From Campylobacterota bacterium (GTDB taxonomy: Bacteria > Campylobacterota > Campylobacteria > Campylobacterales > Sulfurimonadaceae), in NCBI GenBank assembly GCA_034660975.1, contig JAYEKJ010000019.1:1-43785 (forward strand): a DNA stretch of 43,785 bases, in the 5' to 3' direction. Made by a program: the position numbers and the translations under genes. The notes under the pieces are model-generated. The model saw only the letters and a list, made by a program, of their open reading frames with translations. It was not told the origin of the DNA and ran no database searches. This document shows positions 27,606-39,173 of the stretch, one piece after another. Position 1 is the stretch's first letter, and every line of letters starts with the position of its first letter.

Positions 27606-28643
27606 TTAATCAGCTAAACTATCTCTAACTTTGAGTATTTCATCTAAATTGTCAAAAAATATATCAATTAAATTTGGGTCAAAATGAGATCCACTTTCAT
27701 CTTTAAAATAATTAAAAATTTTTTCATCATCCCAAGCTTTTTTATATACCCTATCACTCCCTAAAGCATCAAATACATCTGCAATTGCTGTAATTCTTCC
27801 ATATATATGAATATCTTCACCTTTTTTACCTTGAGGATATCCACTACCATCCCACTTTTCATGATGTTCATACGCTAATATGGCTGCTGTCTTTAAGAGT
27901 TCTCTTTTGGAGCCTTTTAAAATGTCGTATCCTAATTGAGCATGTTCTTGCATTATTACATACTCTTCTTGTGTTAATCTAGCTGGTTTATTTAAAACAG
28001 AATCAGGGATAGCAACTTTACCAATATCATGCATAGGACTAGCTTCTTTCAATAAGGAAGCTTCTTTTTCACACATCCCATAATTCAATGCTAATATTTC
28101 TGAATATTTAGCAACCCTTTTTACATGATTTCCAGTCTCTTTACTTCTTGATTCTCCAATCGAACCCATAGTAAAAATAATCTCTTTTTGAGTTTCATGA
28201 ATCTCTTTATTTAAAACAAGATTCTCTTTTTGCAATTGGATTCTCATCACTTCTAAGATATTTCTTTGTTGAGATAATGCTAGATGTGCCGATATCCTTG
28301 ATAAAATTTCTCTTGGGCTAAAAGGTTTTGTAACATAATCCACACCACCAACATCATAAGCTTTTTCAATACTATCTTCATCAATCTTTGCAGTGATAAA
28401 TATTACCGGTATATCTTTTGTTTTATTATCTTTTTTTATTTCTCGGCACACCTCATAACCATCCATATCAGGCATCATAATATCTAAAAGTATTAAATCT
28501 ATATCTTTTTTTTGAAGAATTTTTAATGCTTTTTCTCCATTAAGAGAGGGGATTATATTATATTTTTCTCCTAATAAATCAAGTAGTATCTCTATATTTA
28601 ATTTAGTATCATCAACTACAAGAATTGTTTTTTTATCTTCCAT
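27606..28643 (-). CDS. Response regulator with HD-GYP cyclic-dinucleotide phosphodiesterase domain (RpfG-like; likely start 28643)
   Basis: REC: VVDD, LLDIMMP, TKPF; HD-GYP: ETGNHV, MHDIGK, HHEKWDGSGYP, ADVFDAL. Confidence 0.93.
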   Translation of the reverse strand: MEDKKTILVVDDTKLNIEILLDLLGEKYNIIPSLNGEKALKILQKKDIDLILLDIMMPDMDGYEVCREIKKDNKTKDIPVIFITAKIDEDSIEKAYDVGGVDYVTKPFSPREILSRISAHLALSQQRNILEVMRIQLQKENLVLNKEIHETQKEIIFTMGSIGESRSKETGNHVKRVAKYSEILALNYGMCEKEASLLKEASPMHDIGKVAIPDSVLNKPARLTQEEYVIMQEHAQLGYDILKGSKRELLKTAAILAYEHHEKWDGSGYPQGKKGEDIHIYGRITAIADVFDALGSDRVYKKAWDDEKIFNYFKDESGSHFDPNLIDIFFDNLDEILKVRDSLAD

Positions 28644-28653
28644 TTTATACCTT

Positions 28654-31464
28654 TTATAATATCTCAAACGCTTCATCAAAATCAAAATCTTCTATTAAAG
28701 CTTTAACTTTATTGAATATTTCTAAATCCTCATCTAAAAGTTTATACTTTTGTATCTCTTTTATTACAGGCTCACAGTTTTTTGGTTGCATTGTCTGAAT
28801 TGCTTCTTTTAAGTTTTTAAATAATTCATCTCTTTTAGTTGATGTTATCTCTTCGTGATTAGCTACGATTTGATTATTTTTATCATAGATAACTACTATT
28901 TTATTCTCAATCTCCTCCACTACATTTTGTAATTCTGCATAAAATTTTGGTAATAACATTTTATTATGTGTTGTATCTATCTCTTTAATAATTTCATTAA
29001 GTGGTAAAGCACCAGCATTTGCACTGACACTTTTTATTGTATGAATCTTTCTTGCAAACTCTTCATCATCTAATTCTTCAAACTTTATATTTTTATAATC
29101 TAAAAGTCCAATCAGAATTTTTATATATATTTTTTGATTACCTTGTATCAATTTTAAACCATAATCCTTATCTATATATTCTAAATCTGGTAATTCGTAA
29201 TCATCATCATTTGTAACAATCTCAATCGCTTCTCTTTTTTTAGGTATATACTTAATAAGAGTATCATATAATTGCTCAGCAATCACTGGTTTATTAAGAT
29301 GTTCATTCATCCCAGATTCTTTTGTTTTATCGACATCCTCTTTCATCGCATTAGCTGTTAATGCAATAATTGGTATTTTAGAATCTATCTCTCTTATAAT
29401 TTGTGTGGCTTTCACTCCATCCATTATTGGCATTTGATAATCCATAAGAATTAATTCATACTCATTTTCTTTAAATTTATCAACAGCCTCTTGCCCATTA
29501 TTGGCAATTTCAAGTATAATTCCACTCCCCTCTAGTAACCCTATAACAATCTCTTGATTTATAATATTGTCTTCTGCTAAAAGTATTTTACTGCCAAAAA
29601 GAGTGGTGATATAGTTATCATTTAATTGTTTTGCATTAATTGTTTTTTCTCTAATTTTAGTAGTTCCAAAAAGCAAGTCACTTAGTACATCATTCATAGT
29701 TGATGGGTTTACTGGTTTATGCAAGTAGGTATTAACACCCACCTCTTTAGCTAAATTAATAATAGTTTCTTTCTTACTCCCACTAATCATAATTATTTTT
29801 GAAGAGGAGATATTTATGTGCTTATCATTAATTATTTTAATTGTCTCTACCCCATTCATCTCAGGCATATTCCAATCCATTAAAATTAAATCATAATAAT
29901 TATCTGAATTTTTTTCTAACATATCTAGAGCTATTTTGCCACTACTTGCGATCTCTACATTAAATCCAAAGTCATCTAAAAGAGATTTTAAAATATACTG
30001 ACAGCTCTCACTATCATCAACGATTAAAACTCTTTTATTTGTAAAAAGTGTAATCTCTTTTATATTCTCTATATCCTCTTCCAAAAGAATCTCAAAGATA
30101 AAATGACTACCCTTACCAAGTTCACTCTCTACCCAAATTTTACCAGACATCAACTCTACAAGTTGTTTAGAGATCGCAAGACCTAAGCCAGTACCACCAT
30201 ATTTTCTAGTTGTGCTTCCATCAGCTTGTGAAAATGATTGAAACAGTCTAGCTTGTTGCTCTTCACTAAGTCCTATCCCTGTATCTCTTACTTCAAATCT
30301 AACTACATTATTTGATAGTTTTTTAATGTGAATCCCTATTTCACCTGTTTGTGTAAATTTGATTGCATTAGAGGACAGATTTATAAGTATTTGACTGATT
30401 CTTAAAGGGTCACCAAGAAAATGGTTATTTATATGTATATCATATTCAACAACTATATCTAAATTCTTTTCATGTGCTGAATTTTCAATAGTATTGACTG
30501 TGCTATCTACTACATTAAAAAGATCAAATGATATTTTTTCTATATTTAATTTACCAGCTTCAATTTTACTATAATCTAAAATTTCATTAATAAGAGCGAG
30601 TAGTCTTTTTGCACTGCTATCTATATTGTCAATATATCTATGCTGTTTCTCATTAAGATTAGTTTGTAACACTAAATGTGACATACCGATTATACCATTC
30701 ATTGGTGTTCGTATCTCATGAGACATATTTGCTAAAAATTCTGATTTGAATTTTGTACTCTCTTCTGCTGTATTTTTTGCAATTTCCAAATAAACATTTG
30801 CATTAATTAACTCTTTTGTATAATCTTTAATCTCATCTACCATTGTTACAATAGTGTTATTAATTACAACTACTTCATTAGTCCCTTTCATTATAGTTAA
30901 ATTAAAATTATGAAGGTTCTTTGGGGAAAACTCTAAAAGAGCATTAGAGATATCCTTGAGAGGTTTAAGTAAATAGTTGATTAAAAAAACAAAAATAATA
31001 AGAAATAATAAAAATATACTTATAAGTTCAATTGTAGAATCGTAATAATCACTTATAGCTTTTTCGTAGTGTTGGTTAGAATATATAATAGTAAGTTCTG
31101 CTACATTTTCATTATTATCATTTAATAATATTCTGTTACTTTTTATACCATCTTCACAATTATCAATATGTTTAAAAATAATCTCTTGAGTATCTATATC
31201 TATTAACTCAGCACCTAAAATATAACTATTTGATTTAAGTAATTGAGTGAATAAAGTATCAATATTTTCATCAAGACCAAAATCTATATTTACTAAAATA
31301 GATGGTGTAATAACATCTATAATTATATCAATTTTCTCTTTTTCCGATGTATATAAAGCATCTTTATAACTAAAAAAAGTTTGTCTTGTTGAAAAAGTAA
31401 ATAACAGTATAAATGATACAATTACAGCAAAAACTATTTGAAAAACTAAGGATGTTTTATTCAT
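28654..31464 (-). CDS. Hybrid sensor histidine kinase (2 TM, HAMP-like, HisKA, HATPase, 2 REC, HPt)
   Basis: [31 protein letters not shown], two LILMD receiver domains, [11 protein letters not shown] (HPt). Confidence 0.95.
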   Translation of the reverse strand: MNKTSLVFQIVFAVIVSFILLFTFSTRQTFFSYKDALYTSEKEKIDIIIDVITPSILVNIDFGLDENIDTLFTQLLKSNSYILGAELIDIDTQEIIFKHIDNCEDGIKSNRILLNDNNENVAELTIIYSNQHYEKAISDYYDSTIELISIFLLFLIIFVFLINYLLKPLKDISNALLEFSPKNLHNFNLTIMKGTNEVVVINNTIVTMVDEIKDYTKELINANVYLEIAKNTAEESTKFKSEFLANMSHEIRTPMNGIIGMSHLVLQTNLNEKQHRYIDNIDSSAKRLLALINEILDYSKIEAGKLNIEKISFDLFNVVDSTVNTIENSAHEKNLDIVVEYDIHINNHFLGDPLRISQILINLSSNAIKFTQTGEIGIHIKKLSNNVVRFEVRDTGIGLSEEQQARLFQSFSQADGSTTRKYGGTGLGLAISKQLVELMSGKIWVESELGKGSHFIFEILLEEDIENIKEITLFTNKRVLIVDDSESCQYILKSLLDDFGFNVEIASSGKIALDMLEKNSDNYYDLILMDWNMPEMNGVETIKIINDKHINISSSKIIMISGSKKETIINLAKEVGVNTYLHKPVNPSTMNDVLSDLLFGTTKIREKTINAKQLNDNYITTLFGSKILLAEDNIINQEIVIGLLEGSGIILEIANNGQEAVDKFKENEYELILMDYQMPIMDGVKATQIIREIDSKIPIIALTANAMKEDVDKTKESGMNEHLNKPVIAEQLYDTLIKYIPKKREAIEIVTNDDDYELPDLEYIDKDYGLKLIQGNQKIYIKILIGLLDYKNIKFEELDDEEFARKIHTIKSVSANAGALPLNEIIKEIDTTHNKMLLPKFYAELQNVVEEIENKIVVIYDKNNQIVANHEEITSTKRDELFKNLKEAIQTMQPKNCEPVIKEIQKYKLLDEDLEIFNKVKALIEDFDFDEAFEIL

Positions 31465-31972
31465 CTGATATCTCTACTATTGAAAGAAATCTACTACTAA
31501 AAGGGATTTTTACTATTTTCATAGTAGTAGAATTTATATATATTTTTATCTTCTTTTTTTTATCAATATAAACTAAAAGACCATTTTTAAATCCATCATG
31601 AGAATTAGCAAATGTAACAATATTGTTTGATTTACTTATATTATTTATTATTTTATAACTTGATTCTGATAGTGAGAAAGCGTATATTGCGTCAAAGTTT
31701 ATCGTTGACAATTTATTTATATTATTTTCTTCTAATATTTGAGTTTGTAATGAAAATTTCTTTACTTTTTTAGCAAACATATCTTGAAGTGTTTGAGCTT
31801 TTAATCTCTCATTCTCATTAACTACAATCATAATTTTTATAGTTTTATCACTTTTTTTTGCAATTGTTTTTACTTGTAAAAGTGTCATAGGAACTAATTT
31901 CTTATGAATTTTCAACAAATCGGAACCAAAAAGTGAGAAGCATAAAGCTAAAACTATAAAAATTATTTTCAT
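31457..31972 (-). CDS. YfiR/HmsC (DUF4154)-like periplasmic protein
   Basis: Signal peptide; C-terminal KIKIYIN...[13 protein letters not shown] resembles the YfiR C-terminus; immediately upstream of a membrane sensor. Confidence 0.65.
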   Translation of the reverse strand: MKIIFIVLALCFSLFGSDLLKIHKKLVPMTLLQVKTIAKKSDKTIKIMIVVNENERLKAQTLQDMFAKKVKKFSLQTQILEENNINKLSTINFDAIYAFSLSESSYKIINNISKSNNIVTFANSHDGFKNGLLVYIDKKKKIKIYINSTTMKIVKIPFSSRFLSIVEISDE

Positions 31973-31975
31973 TTT

Positions 31976-33943
31976 CTAAAACTTATAATCTATCCCGGCA
32001 AAATAATATCTACCTGAGACACTAAAATCATCTGTATAAGTTTGAGAAACCCCTCTTCTACTTATATATATCTTAGATGGTGATTTAAGCTCTTTATCTG
32101 CTATATTCTTTATACCAAAAGAGAGATCTAGATTTTCTATACTTGTCGGTAAATATCTAAAGGCTAAATCAAGAGTAGTAGTTGCATCTAAATCTTCTCT
32201 AGTATCTAAATCTTCCCTCTCTTTAGAACCAACATATCTAAGTTTTATAGTTGAAGAAAATTCAGAATACGGTTTATGTGATAATGCTAAATTAGCTAAT
32301 AATGGAGCATAAAGTTTTAACTTTTCATCTGAATCTTCATGCTCTGCATTTATATAAGAGATATTAGAAAAAAGTAAAAACTCATTACTGAAATTCTGAT
32401 TATATTCAAGCTCGAGACCATAATTTAAAATATTTTCATCATGATTTGCATATATTCTAGCCTCTGGAGAGTATATTAGGGAATCTATAACTGAATAAAA
32501 TAAAGTGGTTTTTAAACTATTATTCTCTTTTGTATGTATATATTGAACCTCTAACATTTTATTTGTTTCAGGTTCTTTTGCACCATTAGTTTCTTCAAGA
32601 AATGTTGGGATTCTAAAAGCTTCTGCATACTGGATTTTAAAAATATTTATCATATCCATATCATATACTAATGCTACTCTTGGTGATATATGAGCATCTA
32701 TATTATTTGTAACACTATCATATTTATCATACCTTGCACCAATACTAAGCATAATAGAATCACTTAATGAGATATTATCATGTAGATATGTAGCTATTAA
32801 ATCTCTCTCTAAATGAACTCCATCTCTATTTACCACAACTCCACTCATAGGGCTAGTTGTTTTTTCATAGTAATCTGTTTCAGATATATTCGAGAGTTCT
32901 GAACCTAAAATGATATTATGAATATCTAAATTATAAGAGATATCTAATTTTGCATATTTTTTTGTATATTCAAGATTTGCAGTTGTTTTTGTCATAGGGG
33001 GTAGATTACCTGTTCCCATCTCTGTAAAATCAAACCAATATTTATATTGAAAATATCCAACTTTTGGTTCTATCCATAAATTATCATTTAGATTATACTT
33101 ATAAGAAAGTTCAACTGTTTGATAATCATATTTAAAGTTCTCTTTAGAATCATTATCAGGTAAAACACCACTAGAAGCTATCCCCCACATCTCACCTTTT
33201 TGAGATTCATTTATAGCTAAATTTAATTTAAGCTCTTTATACTTTACATTTGCTAATAAACTTTTGTTTTTTCGTAAAGTCTCAACTTCTCCTGTATTAC
33301 CAAGACTATCAGTAGTAACTGGTTCTAAACCATCACCACTACCATAAGTCATAACAGCGTTTATACTAAACTCTTCATCAGAATAACTAGCAATTGCACC
33401 AATTGTACTAGTGCTATCAGAGATATATTTTGCAAATATATGATTTGAATCTTTTTTAGTTATTATGTCTATAATACCACTAAAAGCATATTCACCATAA
33501 AGAGCAGAAGCTGGACCACGAATAACTTCAATTCTCTCAATAATCTCAATCGGTAAGTTAAAGTGGATAATCCCACTAGCTGCACTATTTTGCTCAACCC
33601 CATTTAACATAACTTTTATCTTGCCACTACCATCAACAGCACCGATTCCTCTAAAAACAAGATTTCTAGTACCTGTTTTATTGAGAACAACTTCTACGGC
33701 AGGTAGTAATTCAAGAGCTTCATAAAGATTGTTTACGCCTAATCTTTTCATATCATCATGTTTCAAAACATTGATAATCCCAGGAGCATGATCAACACCA
33801 ATCTTATTTTTATTTGCTAACTGAGTTGTCTCCTCAAGAACTTCCATAAAATCATCAAAGCTACCAAACTCCTCATCATTTTTCTCTTGAGCATTAGCTA
33901 GTGTTGTTATTAATAATACTGATAATACAATTTTCTTAACCAT
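31976..33943 (-). CDS. TonB-dependent outer-membrane receptor
   Basis: Signal peptide, plug motif IERIEVIRGPASALYG, GARYD, C-terminal YKF. Confidence 0.93.
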   Translation of the reverse strand: MVKKIVLSVLLITTLANAQEKNDEEFGSFDDFMEVLEETTQLANKNKIGVDHAPGIINVLKHDDMKRLGVNNLYEALELLPAVEVVLNKTGTRNLVFRGIGAVDGSGKIKVMLNGVEQNSAASGIIHFNLPIEIIERIEVIRGPASALYGEYAFSGIIDIITKKDSNHIFAKYISDSTSTIGAIASYSDEEFSINAVMTYGSGDGLEPVTTDSLGNTGEVETLRKNKSLLANVKYKELKLNLAINESQKGEMWGIASSGVLPDNDSKENFKYDYQTVELSYKYNLNDNLWIEPKVGYFQYKYWFDFTEMGTGNLPPMTKTTANLEYTKKYAKLDISYNLDIHNIILGSELSNISETDYYEKTTSPMSGVVVNRDGVHLERDLIATYLHDNISLSDSIMLSIGARYDKYDSVTNNIDAHISPRVALVYDMDMINIFKIQYAEAFRIPTFLEETNGAKEPETNKMLEVQYIHTKENNSLKTTLFYSVIDSLIYSPEARIYANHDENILNYGLELEYNQNFSNEFLLFSNISYINAEHEDSDEKLKLYAPLLANLALSHKPYSEFSSTIKLRYVGSKEREDLDTREDLDATTTLDLAFRYLPTSIENLDLSFGIKNIADKELKSPSKIYISRRGVSQTYTDDFSVSGRYYFAGIDYKF

Positions 33944-34011
33944 TTTATAACTCCTCTATATGTACAGAATTATACTGATATAAGTTAAAAGAAATCTAAA
34001 AAGTCGTCTAA

Positions 34012-34800
34012 TTATCTTTTTAGATTATTTACTGTTTGTAACATCTCATCACTTGTTGTAATTACTTTCGAATTAGAATCATAAGCTCTTTGCCCAGTAA
34101 TAAGGTCGGTGAGTTCAACTACAAGTTCAACATTACTAAGTTCTACAAACCCTTGTCTTAAAATTCCTAAACCATCAAGACCAGCAGTACCCTCAAGAGG
34201 TTGTCCAGAACTATCAGTTTCTATATATAAGTTATCTCCCATAGAGTGAAGACCAGCAGGATTGATAAAGTTAGTTAATGTGATTTGTCCAATTTGTGAT
34301 GCTTGAGTTTGTCCAGCTTGCACAACAGAAACAGTACCGTCAGTACCAATACTTACATTAGTTGAATCTGGAGGGACAACAACTTGTGGCATAAGTGTAT
34401 ATCCATCACTATTTACCAAAGTTCCCGTATCATCAATTTTAAAAGCACCATTTCTTGAATATACTTGTGTTCCATCAGGCAGTTCTAATTTAAAAAAACC
34501 TCTACCTGTAATAGCCACATCTAACTGGTTATCTGTTTGTTTTAAACTACCCTCTGTAAATATTTTATTAACAGCTGTTGGTCTTGCACCCAATCCAACC
34601 TCTATACCAGTAGGACTTTTTGTAACATCACTAGTTGAAGTTCCAGCATATTCAGTAACTTGATACATTAAATCAGCAAACTCAGCACGAGATTTCTTAA
34701 AACCTATTGTATTCACATTGGCAATATTATTGGCTGTTGTATCTATTTGCATCTGCATACCCAACATCCCTGTTGAAGCAGTATATAGTGATTGCATCAT
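34012..34800 (-). CDS. flgG: Flagellar basal-body rod protein FlgG
   Basis: ANNIANVNTIGFK, FADLMYQ, ELSNV, QRAYDSNSK. Confidence 0.96.
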   Translation of the reverse strand: MMQSLYTASTGMLGMQMQIDTTANNIANVNTIGFKKSRAEFADLMYQVTEYAGTSTSDVTKSPTGIEVGLGARPTAVNKIFTEGSLKQTDNQLDVAITGRGFFKLELPDGTQVYSRNGAFKIDDTGTLVNSDGYTLMPQVVVPPDSTNVSIGTDGTVSVVQAGQTQASQIGQITLTNFINPAGLHSMGDNLYIETDSSGQPLEGTAGLDGLGILRQGFVELSNVELVVELTDLITGQRAYDSNSKVITTSDEMLQTVNNLKR

Positions 34801-34816
34801 TGTATTATCCTTTTAT

Positions 34817-35638
34817 CTAAGCTTTTCTAGCAATTTTTTCAATTGCATCTTTGTTCATATCATTCATCTGTGTATCCATAGCTTTTTGATACATCCCAAC
34901 TAAACGGTTTGTTTCTATCATCTGTGTCATCATTTTAATTGCATTTACATTACTTTTCTCTACAAAACCTTGAATAACTGCTCCACTACCCTCTATATTA
35001 TCTATCAATGATATATCTTCATATTTGTAAAGATTATCGCCCTCTTTTTTAAGTAGTGCTATGTTGTCTGGTTGAGCTACAAAAAGTTTAGAACCCATCG
35101 CCATAGATACTGATTGTGGCAAGTTTGTATATAATTGACCATTTTTATCAACCTCTATTACACTATCTTGTGTACTAAAGCTTATATTAGAACCACTTTG
35201 GAAATAATCATTTGGTAAGACCTCATAACCTTGTTTAGTTACTAAAGTACCCTCATCATTTAAAGCAAATGAACCATCTCTAGTAAGTCGTGGACCTTGA
35301 GGTGTTTTAACTAGAAAAAATAGTCCCTCTTGAGATAAAGCAAAATCTAAATTATTGCCTGTTTTTTGCATATCTCCAAGAGAATAATTAGTAAAAGAAT
35401 CTACTATTTGAGGTGCTTTTGCCATAGCCCTATTTATAAACTCTGCACCCTCTTTAGTTTGATTCTCATTTGGAAGCTCATCTCTTGCTTCTTTATACAG
35501 ACGCATAAAATCACCAACAACCAAATTATCTTGCTTATAACCAACAGTGTTAACATTAGCTAGATTGTTTGCAATGTTGTCTAAACGACTAAACTGTGCC
35601 ACCATCCCAGCAGCTGCACTATAATAACCTGTCTGCAT
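34817..35638 (-). CDS. flgF: Flagellar basal-body rod protein FlgF
   Basis: ANNLANVNTVGYK, TRDGSF, EKSNVN; directly upstream of flgG. Confidence 0.85.
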   Translation of the reverse strand: MQTGYYSAAAGMVAQFSRLDNIANNLANVNTVGYKQDNLVVGDFMRLYKEARDELPNENQTKEGAEFINRAMAKAPQIVDSFTNYSLGDMQKTGNNLDFALSQEGLFFLVKTPQGPRLTRDGSFALNDEGTLVTKQGYEVLPNDYFQSGSNISFSTQDSVIEVDKNGQLYTNLPQSVSMAMGSKLFVAQPDNIALLKKEGDNLYKYEDISLIDNIEGSGAVIQGFVEKSNVNAIKMMTQMIETNRLVGMYQKAMDTQMNDMNKDAIEKIARKA

Positions 35639-35673
35639 ATAAGTCCTTTTATTAGCATCAATTTTAAATTATC

Positions 35674-35691
35674 AAGCAAATATTATTCCAA
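35674..35691 (-). promoter_or_regulatory. Sigma54 (RpoN) promoter of flgFG
   Basis: Minus-strand TTGGAATAATATTTGCTT with GG-N10-GC, 35 bp upstream of the ATG. Confidence 0.8.
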
Positions 35692-35794
35692 TAATATCTA
35701 CTCTTCATAAATTTAATAATTTAATTTAATATTAAATTTAACTGGGTATAATCCATTCTTTAAAAAATCTTAAAATATGGGGTATACGACACAT

Positions 35795-37657
35795 ATGACT
35801 GCAAAAGAACTCAATAAAGCCATAGAAGAATTTTTCACCGAAACTAAATCTAAAGATTGTGTAACGTATGAATCATTAACGCAACTTTTTGAAAAACAAC
35901 CAACAATGGCACAAGCCAAAAATATTTTCAAACTCATCACAAAACACAACAGTTGTATATATACAGCTTCTGAAAATGCTAAACTTTTAAATGAAAAAGA
36001 GACTGAAGCTAGAAAAGCAGCTCAAAGAAAACTACTTGAAAGTAATGATACAGACAACTTTGATATTTTAAAAGAGCATGAGTTACTTGAGTGGTCTCGT
36101 TCAGATTCTCCAGTTCGTATGTATCTTCGTGAAATGGGTCAAATTCCACTTTTAACTAAAGAGGAAGAGATTGAGATATCTAAAAAAATAGAAAATGGTG
36201 AATCTATTATTATTGATGCTATATGTTCTGTTCCTTATCTTATTAATTTTATTCTTGATTACAAAGATCCACTTATAAATCGTGAAAGAAGAGTAAAAGA
36301 ATTATTTAAAAACTTTGAAGATGAGAAAGATGATGGAGATGATTCTGATAACACTTCAACAGACAACTCAAGTGCTGAAAAAACAGAGAAAACTTTATCG
36401 GCTAAAGATAAAAGTAGAGTAGAGAAAGTTACAACAAGTTTCAAGGCTCTTGAAAAAGCTAAAAAAGAGTGGAATAAGGTAGCAGAAAAATTACCTCAAA
36501 ATATAAATGGTGATTTAGATGAAGAGGTAGTTCTTTACTTTTTAAGTATCTCATTTAAGAAAAATGTTTTAAAAGAAAAGTTACTAGATCTAGGACCAAC
36601 TTCAAAACTTATCAATGAACTTGTAAAGGCGATGGAAACTGCACTTAAAAGTGATGATGGTTACGATAAAGAGTTAAAAAGACTCGAATATAAACTTCCA
36701 CTTTTTAATGCTACTCTTAAAGCTAACCACATAGCTTTAATAGAAAGAATTCAAGAATTAACAAAAGAAGATATAGCTGGAATGGTTCCAGAAGCTACAA
36801 TGGTTTCTACATATATGGAGATTAAAAAATTAGTTCAAACTAAAGAGGCTTCGAAAAATAGTTTTGATATGGAACCAGAAAAACTTGCTGATATTTTAGA
36901 GCAGATTAAGCGTGGTAAAAATATATCTGAAATCTCTAAGACAAAAATGGCAAAATCTAACCTTAGACTTGTTGTTTCTATCGCTAAAAGATATACGAAT
37001 CGTGGCTTACCTTTCCTTGACTTGATTCAAGAGGGAAATATCGGACTTATGAAAGCTGTTGATAAATTTGAATATCAAAAAGGTTATAAATTTTCAACAT
37101 ATGCTACATGGTGGATTCGTCAAGCAATCAGTCGTGCTATCGCTGATCAAGCTAGAACTATTCGTATCCCAATTCATATGATTGAGACTATTAATAGAAT
37201 CAATAAAATTATGCGTAAACATCTTCAAGAGCATGGTAAAGAGCCAGATGTTGATACAATTGCTGCAGAGGTTGGTCTTTCAGTTGAGAAAGTTAAAAAT
37301 GTTATCAAAATCACCAAAGAACCTATATCTCTTGAAGCTCCTATTGGTAGTGAAGATGATGGTCGTTTTGGTGACTTTATTGAAGATAAAGCATCTCTTT
37401 CACCAGCAGATGCAATACTAAAAGATGATTTGAGAATCCAAATAGAGACAGTTTTAGAACAACTAAACGAGAGAGAAAAAGCAGTTATAAAACTTCGTTT
37501 TGGAATCATGGATGATGAGAGTGATAGAACCTTAGAGGAGATTGGTAAAGAGTTAAGTGTAACTCGTGAGAGAGTTCGCCAAATTGAATCTAGTGCAATT
37601 AAAAAACTTAAACATCCTAAAGTTGGTCGTAAACTTAAAAACTATATTGAAGAATAA
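35795..37657 (+). CDS. rpoD: RNA polymerase primary sigma factor RpoD (likely start 35795; ORF track gives 35777)
   Basis: [46 protein letters not shown]. Confidence 0.98.
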   Translation: MTAKELNKAIEEFFTETKSKDCVTYESLTQLFEKQPTMAQAKNIFKLITKHNSCIYTASENAKLLNEKETEARKAAQRKLLESNDTDNFDILKEHELLEWSRSDSPVRMYLREMGQIPLLTKEEEIEISKKIENGESIIIDAICSVPYLINFILDYKDPLINRERRVKELFKNFEDEKDDGDDSDNTSTDNSSAEKTEKTLSAKDKSRVEKVTTSFKALEKAKKEWNKVAEKLPQNINGDLDEEVVLYFLSISFKKNVLKEKLLDLGPTSKLINELVKAMETALKSDDGYDKELKRLEYKLPLFNATLKANHIALIERIQELTKEDIAGMVPEATMVSTYMEIKKLVQTKEASKNSFDMEPEKLADILEQIKRGKNISEISKTKMAKSNLRLVVSIAKRYTNRGLPFLDLIQEGNIGLMKAVDKFEYQKGYKFSTYATWWIRQAISRAIADQARTIRIPIHMIETINRINKIMRKHLQEHGKEPDVDTIAAEVGLSVEKVKNVIKITKEPISLEAPIGSEDDGRFGDFIEDKASLSPADAILKDDLRIQIETVLEQLNEREKAVIKLRFGIMDDESDRTLEEIGKELSVTRERVRQIESSAIKKLKHPKVGRKLKNYIEE

Positions 37658-37667
37658 AATATAACTT

Positions 37668-38351
37668 ATGAATTTTGAAACACAATGGCTAGAGTATGAC
37701 TATAACCCTTTCATACTTTTTAGCTCAAATGGAAAAATAATCTCAGTAAATTCAGAGGCACAGTTTCTACTTGGAACTGCTTTGGCCTCTGAACTCTATC
37801 AACTAGCTGTAACCTATGCAAATATAACTTTTGGATTTAAAACTACTTTTTTAGAATTAGAATTTGGTCGTTATAAATTTTTTGGTTTAACAGTTGGTTA
37901 TGAAAATGAGGATCAGATAGGCATAAAGCTATATCAGGCACCCTCTTTTAAATTAAATAAACCAAAACCTAGTGGCGAATTAATAAATATATACACACTT
38001 ATAGATTTATGTATATCAACCAACTCAATAAGTTCAAATATAGAGTTCACAAAAGAGTTTGATCCAACTTTACCAGAGATAATTATAAATGTAAATAATT
38101 TTATAAAAATATTAAATAAAATCTATTCTTGCTTTGATGAAAGTAAAAAAATTAATACAAAAATATTTTATAGAGTTGGTGAGCATATTAAATTTGAAGA
38201 GAAGAAATATAGTATTTTTTCTATTGAGATTAGTGCAGATATTTTAAATAATAAAAAGATTAGTGAACTTAAACTTTTAATCCCAAGTTCAAGCTTCTAT
38301 ATAGATATACAAAAAACTATCACTATAAATATCCCAATGATAACCTCTTAA
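37668..38351 (+). CDS. Hypothetical protein with PAS-like N-terminus and degenerate HATPase-like C-terminus
   Basis: PFILFSSNGKIISVNSEAQFLLG (PAS-like); KEFDPTLPEI...KILNKI (NtrB-like HATPase entry); no H-box or G-boxes. Confidence 0.55.
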   Translation: MNFETQWLEYDYNPFILFSSNGKIISVNSEAQFLLGTALASELYQLAVTYANITFGFKTTFLELEFGRYKFFGLTVGYENEDQIGIKLYQAPSFKLNKPKPSGELINIYTLIDLCISTNSISSNIEFTKEFDPTLPEIIINVNNFIKILNKIYSCFDESKKINTKIFYRVGEHIKFEEKKYSIFSIEISADILNNKKISELKLLIPSSSFYIDIQKTITINIPMITS

Positions 38352-38857
38352 TTGAGGCTATCTTTAGAACACATTGAACCCACTACAATACCAACTAACA
38401 AAGATGGTAAATAGATTGCAATAACTAGCAAGTCATTATTTTTTAAAGCGATAAATCCTAAAACTAAAAAAACATAAGGGACAAGTCTAAAAGCAGAAAC
38501 ACTACCTCTAGCCCCATGTTTGATACTATCTACACTCAAAGTTTTTATCTTAGCTTTTTCCTCTTTTACTATTGTTTTTAGATCCAACTCTTCTGCTGGT
38601 GTATCATTAATAGGTTCATTGTCATAAAGTCCATGAGGATCTTCTATCTCGTCTAAAAGATCTCTTTTCTCCTCTATCATTTTAGAATCTATTTGATTGT
38701 TTATCATCCTTTTATATGCAAATGATGAACCCAAAATTACAAATAAACTACTTAAAAATGCGACTTGTAAATTTATATAGAATTCAAATGATATAAAAGA
38801 GCTTAAAATAATTAAAAGCTCTGATATAATAATTATTTTAATACTTCTTTTCACCAT
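38348..38857 (-). CDS. Hypothetical integral membrane protein (start uncertain, about 38857)
   Basis: Two hydrophobic hairpins separated by an acidic loop; overlaps the AtpZ/AtpI-family gene. Confidence 0.65.
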   Translation of the reverse strand: MVKRSIKIIIISELLIILSSFISFEFYINLQVAFLSSLFVILGSSFAYKRMINNQIDSKMIEEKRDLLDEIEDPHGLYDNEPINDTPAEELDLKTIVKEEKAKIKTLSVDSIKHGARGSVSAFRLVPYVFLVLGFIALKNNDLLVIAIYLPSLLVGIVVGSMCSKDSLN

Positions 38858-39173
38858 AATCCATATCGTCATCATCTTTATCATCAAGATCTTTCTTGAT
38901 AGCATATCTAGGCTCTTTAGCTAACTCTTCAAACACCTTATGCTGTTTGTCATAAGCTTTGTAAACATTCAAAATTGCAGCAGCAATACCGATTCCAACT
39001 CCCACCCAAAATGTCCAAGCAATTTCAGTCATACTACGAAGTAGATAACCGATTCCTATACCCATAGCAACTGCTACAACCATAGAGATACCAAGAGATA
39101 AACTATCAGCAGCTTCGATTACTGGTTTAACTCGTGGCTTTTTCTCTTCAACTTGCTCATCTTGATTAGCCAT
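38838..39173 (-). CDS. AtpZ/AtpI family membrane protein
   Basis: [19 protein letters not shown]...[11 protein letters not shown] two-helix pattern. Confidence 0.8.
   Translation of the reverse strand: MANQDEQVEEKKPRVKPVIEAADSLSLGISMVVAVAMGIGIGYLLRSMTEIAWTFWVGVGIGIAAAILNVYKAYDKQHKVFEELAKEPRYAIKKDLDDKDDDDMDYGEKKY

Noticed and set aside
32186-32215. 18-bp-period repeat in the receptor gene (REDLD x2)
   Set aside because: Short in-frame loop duplication, two copies only
31976-33943. The TonB-dependent receptor as BtuB supplying B12 to the mutase
   Set aside because: About 16 kb away, no riboswitch in its 68-bp upstream spacer, and coupled to signalling genes; ligand cannot be inferred
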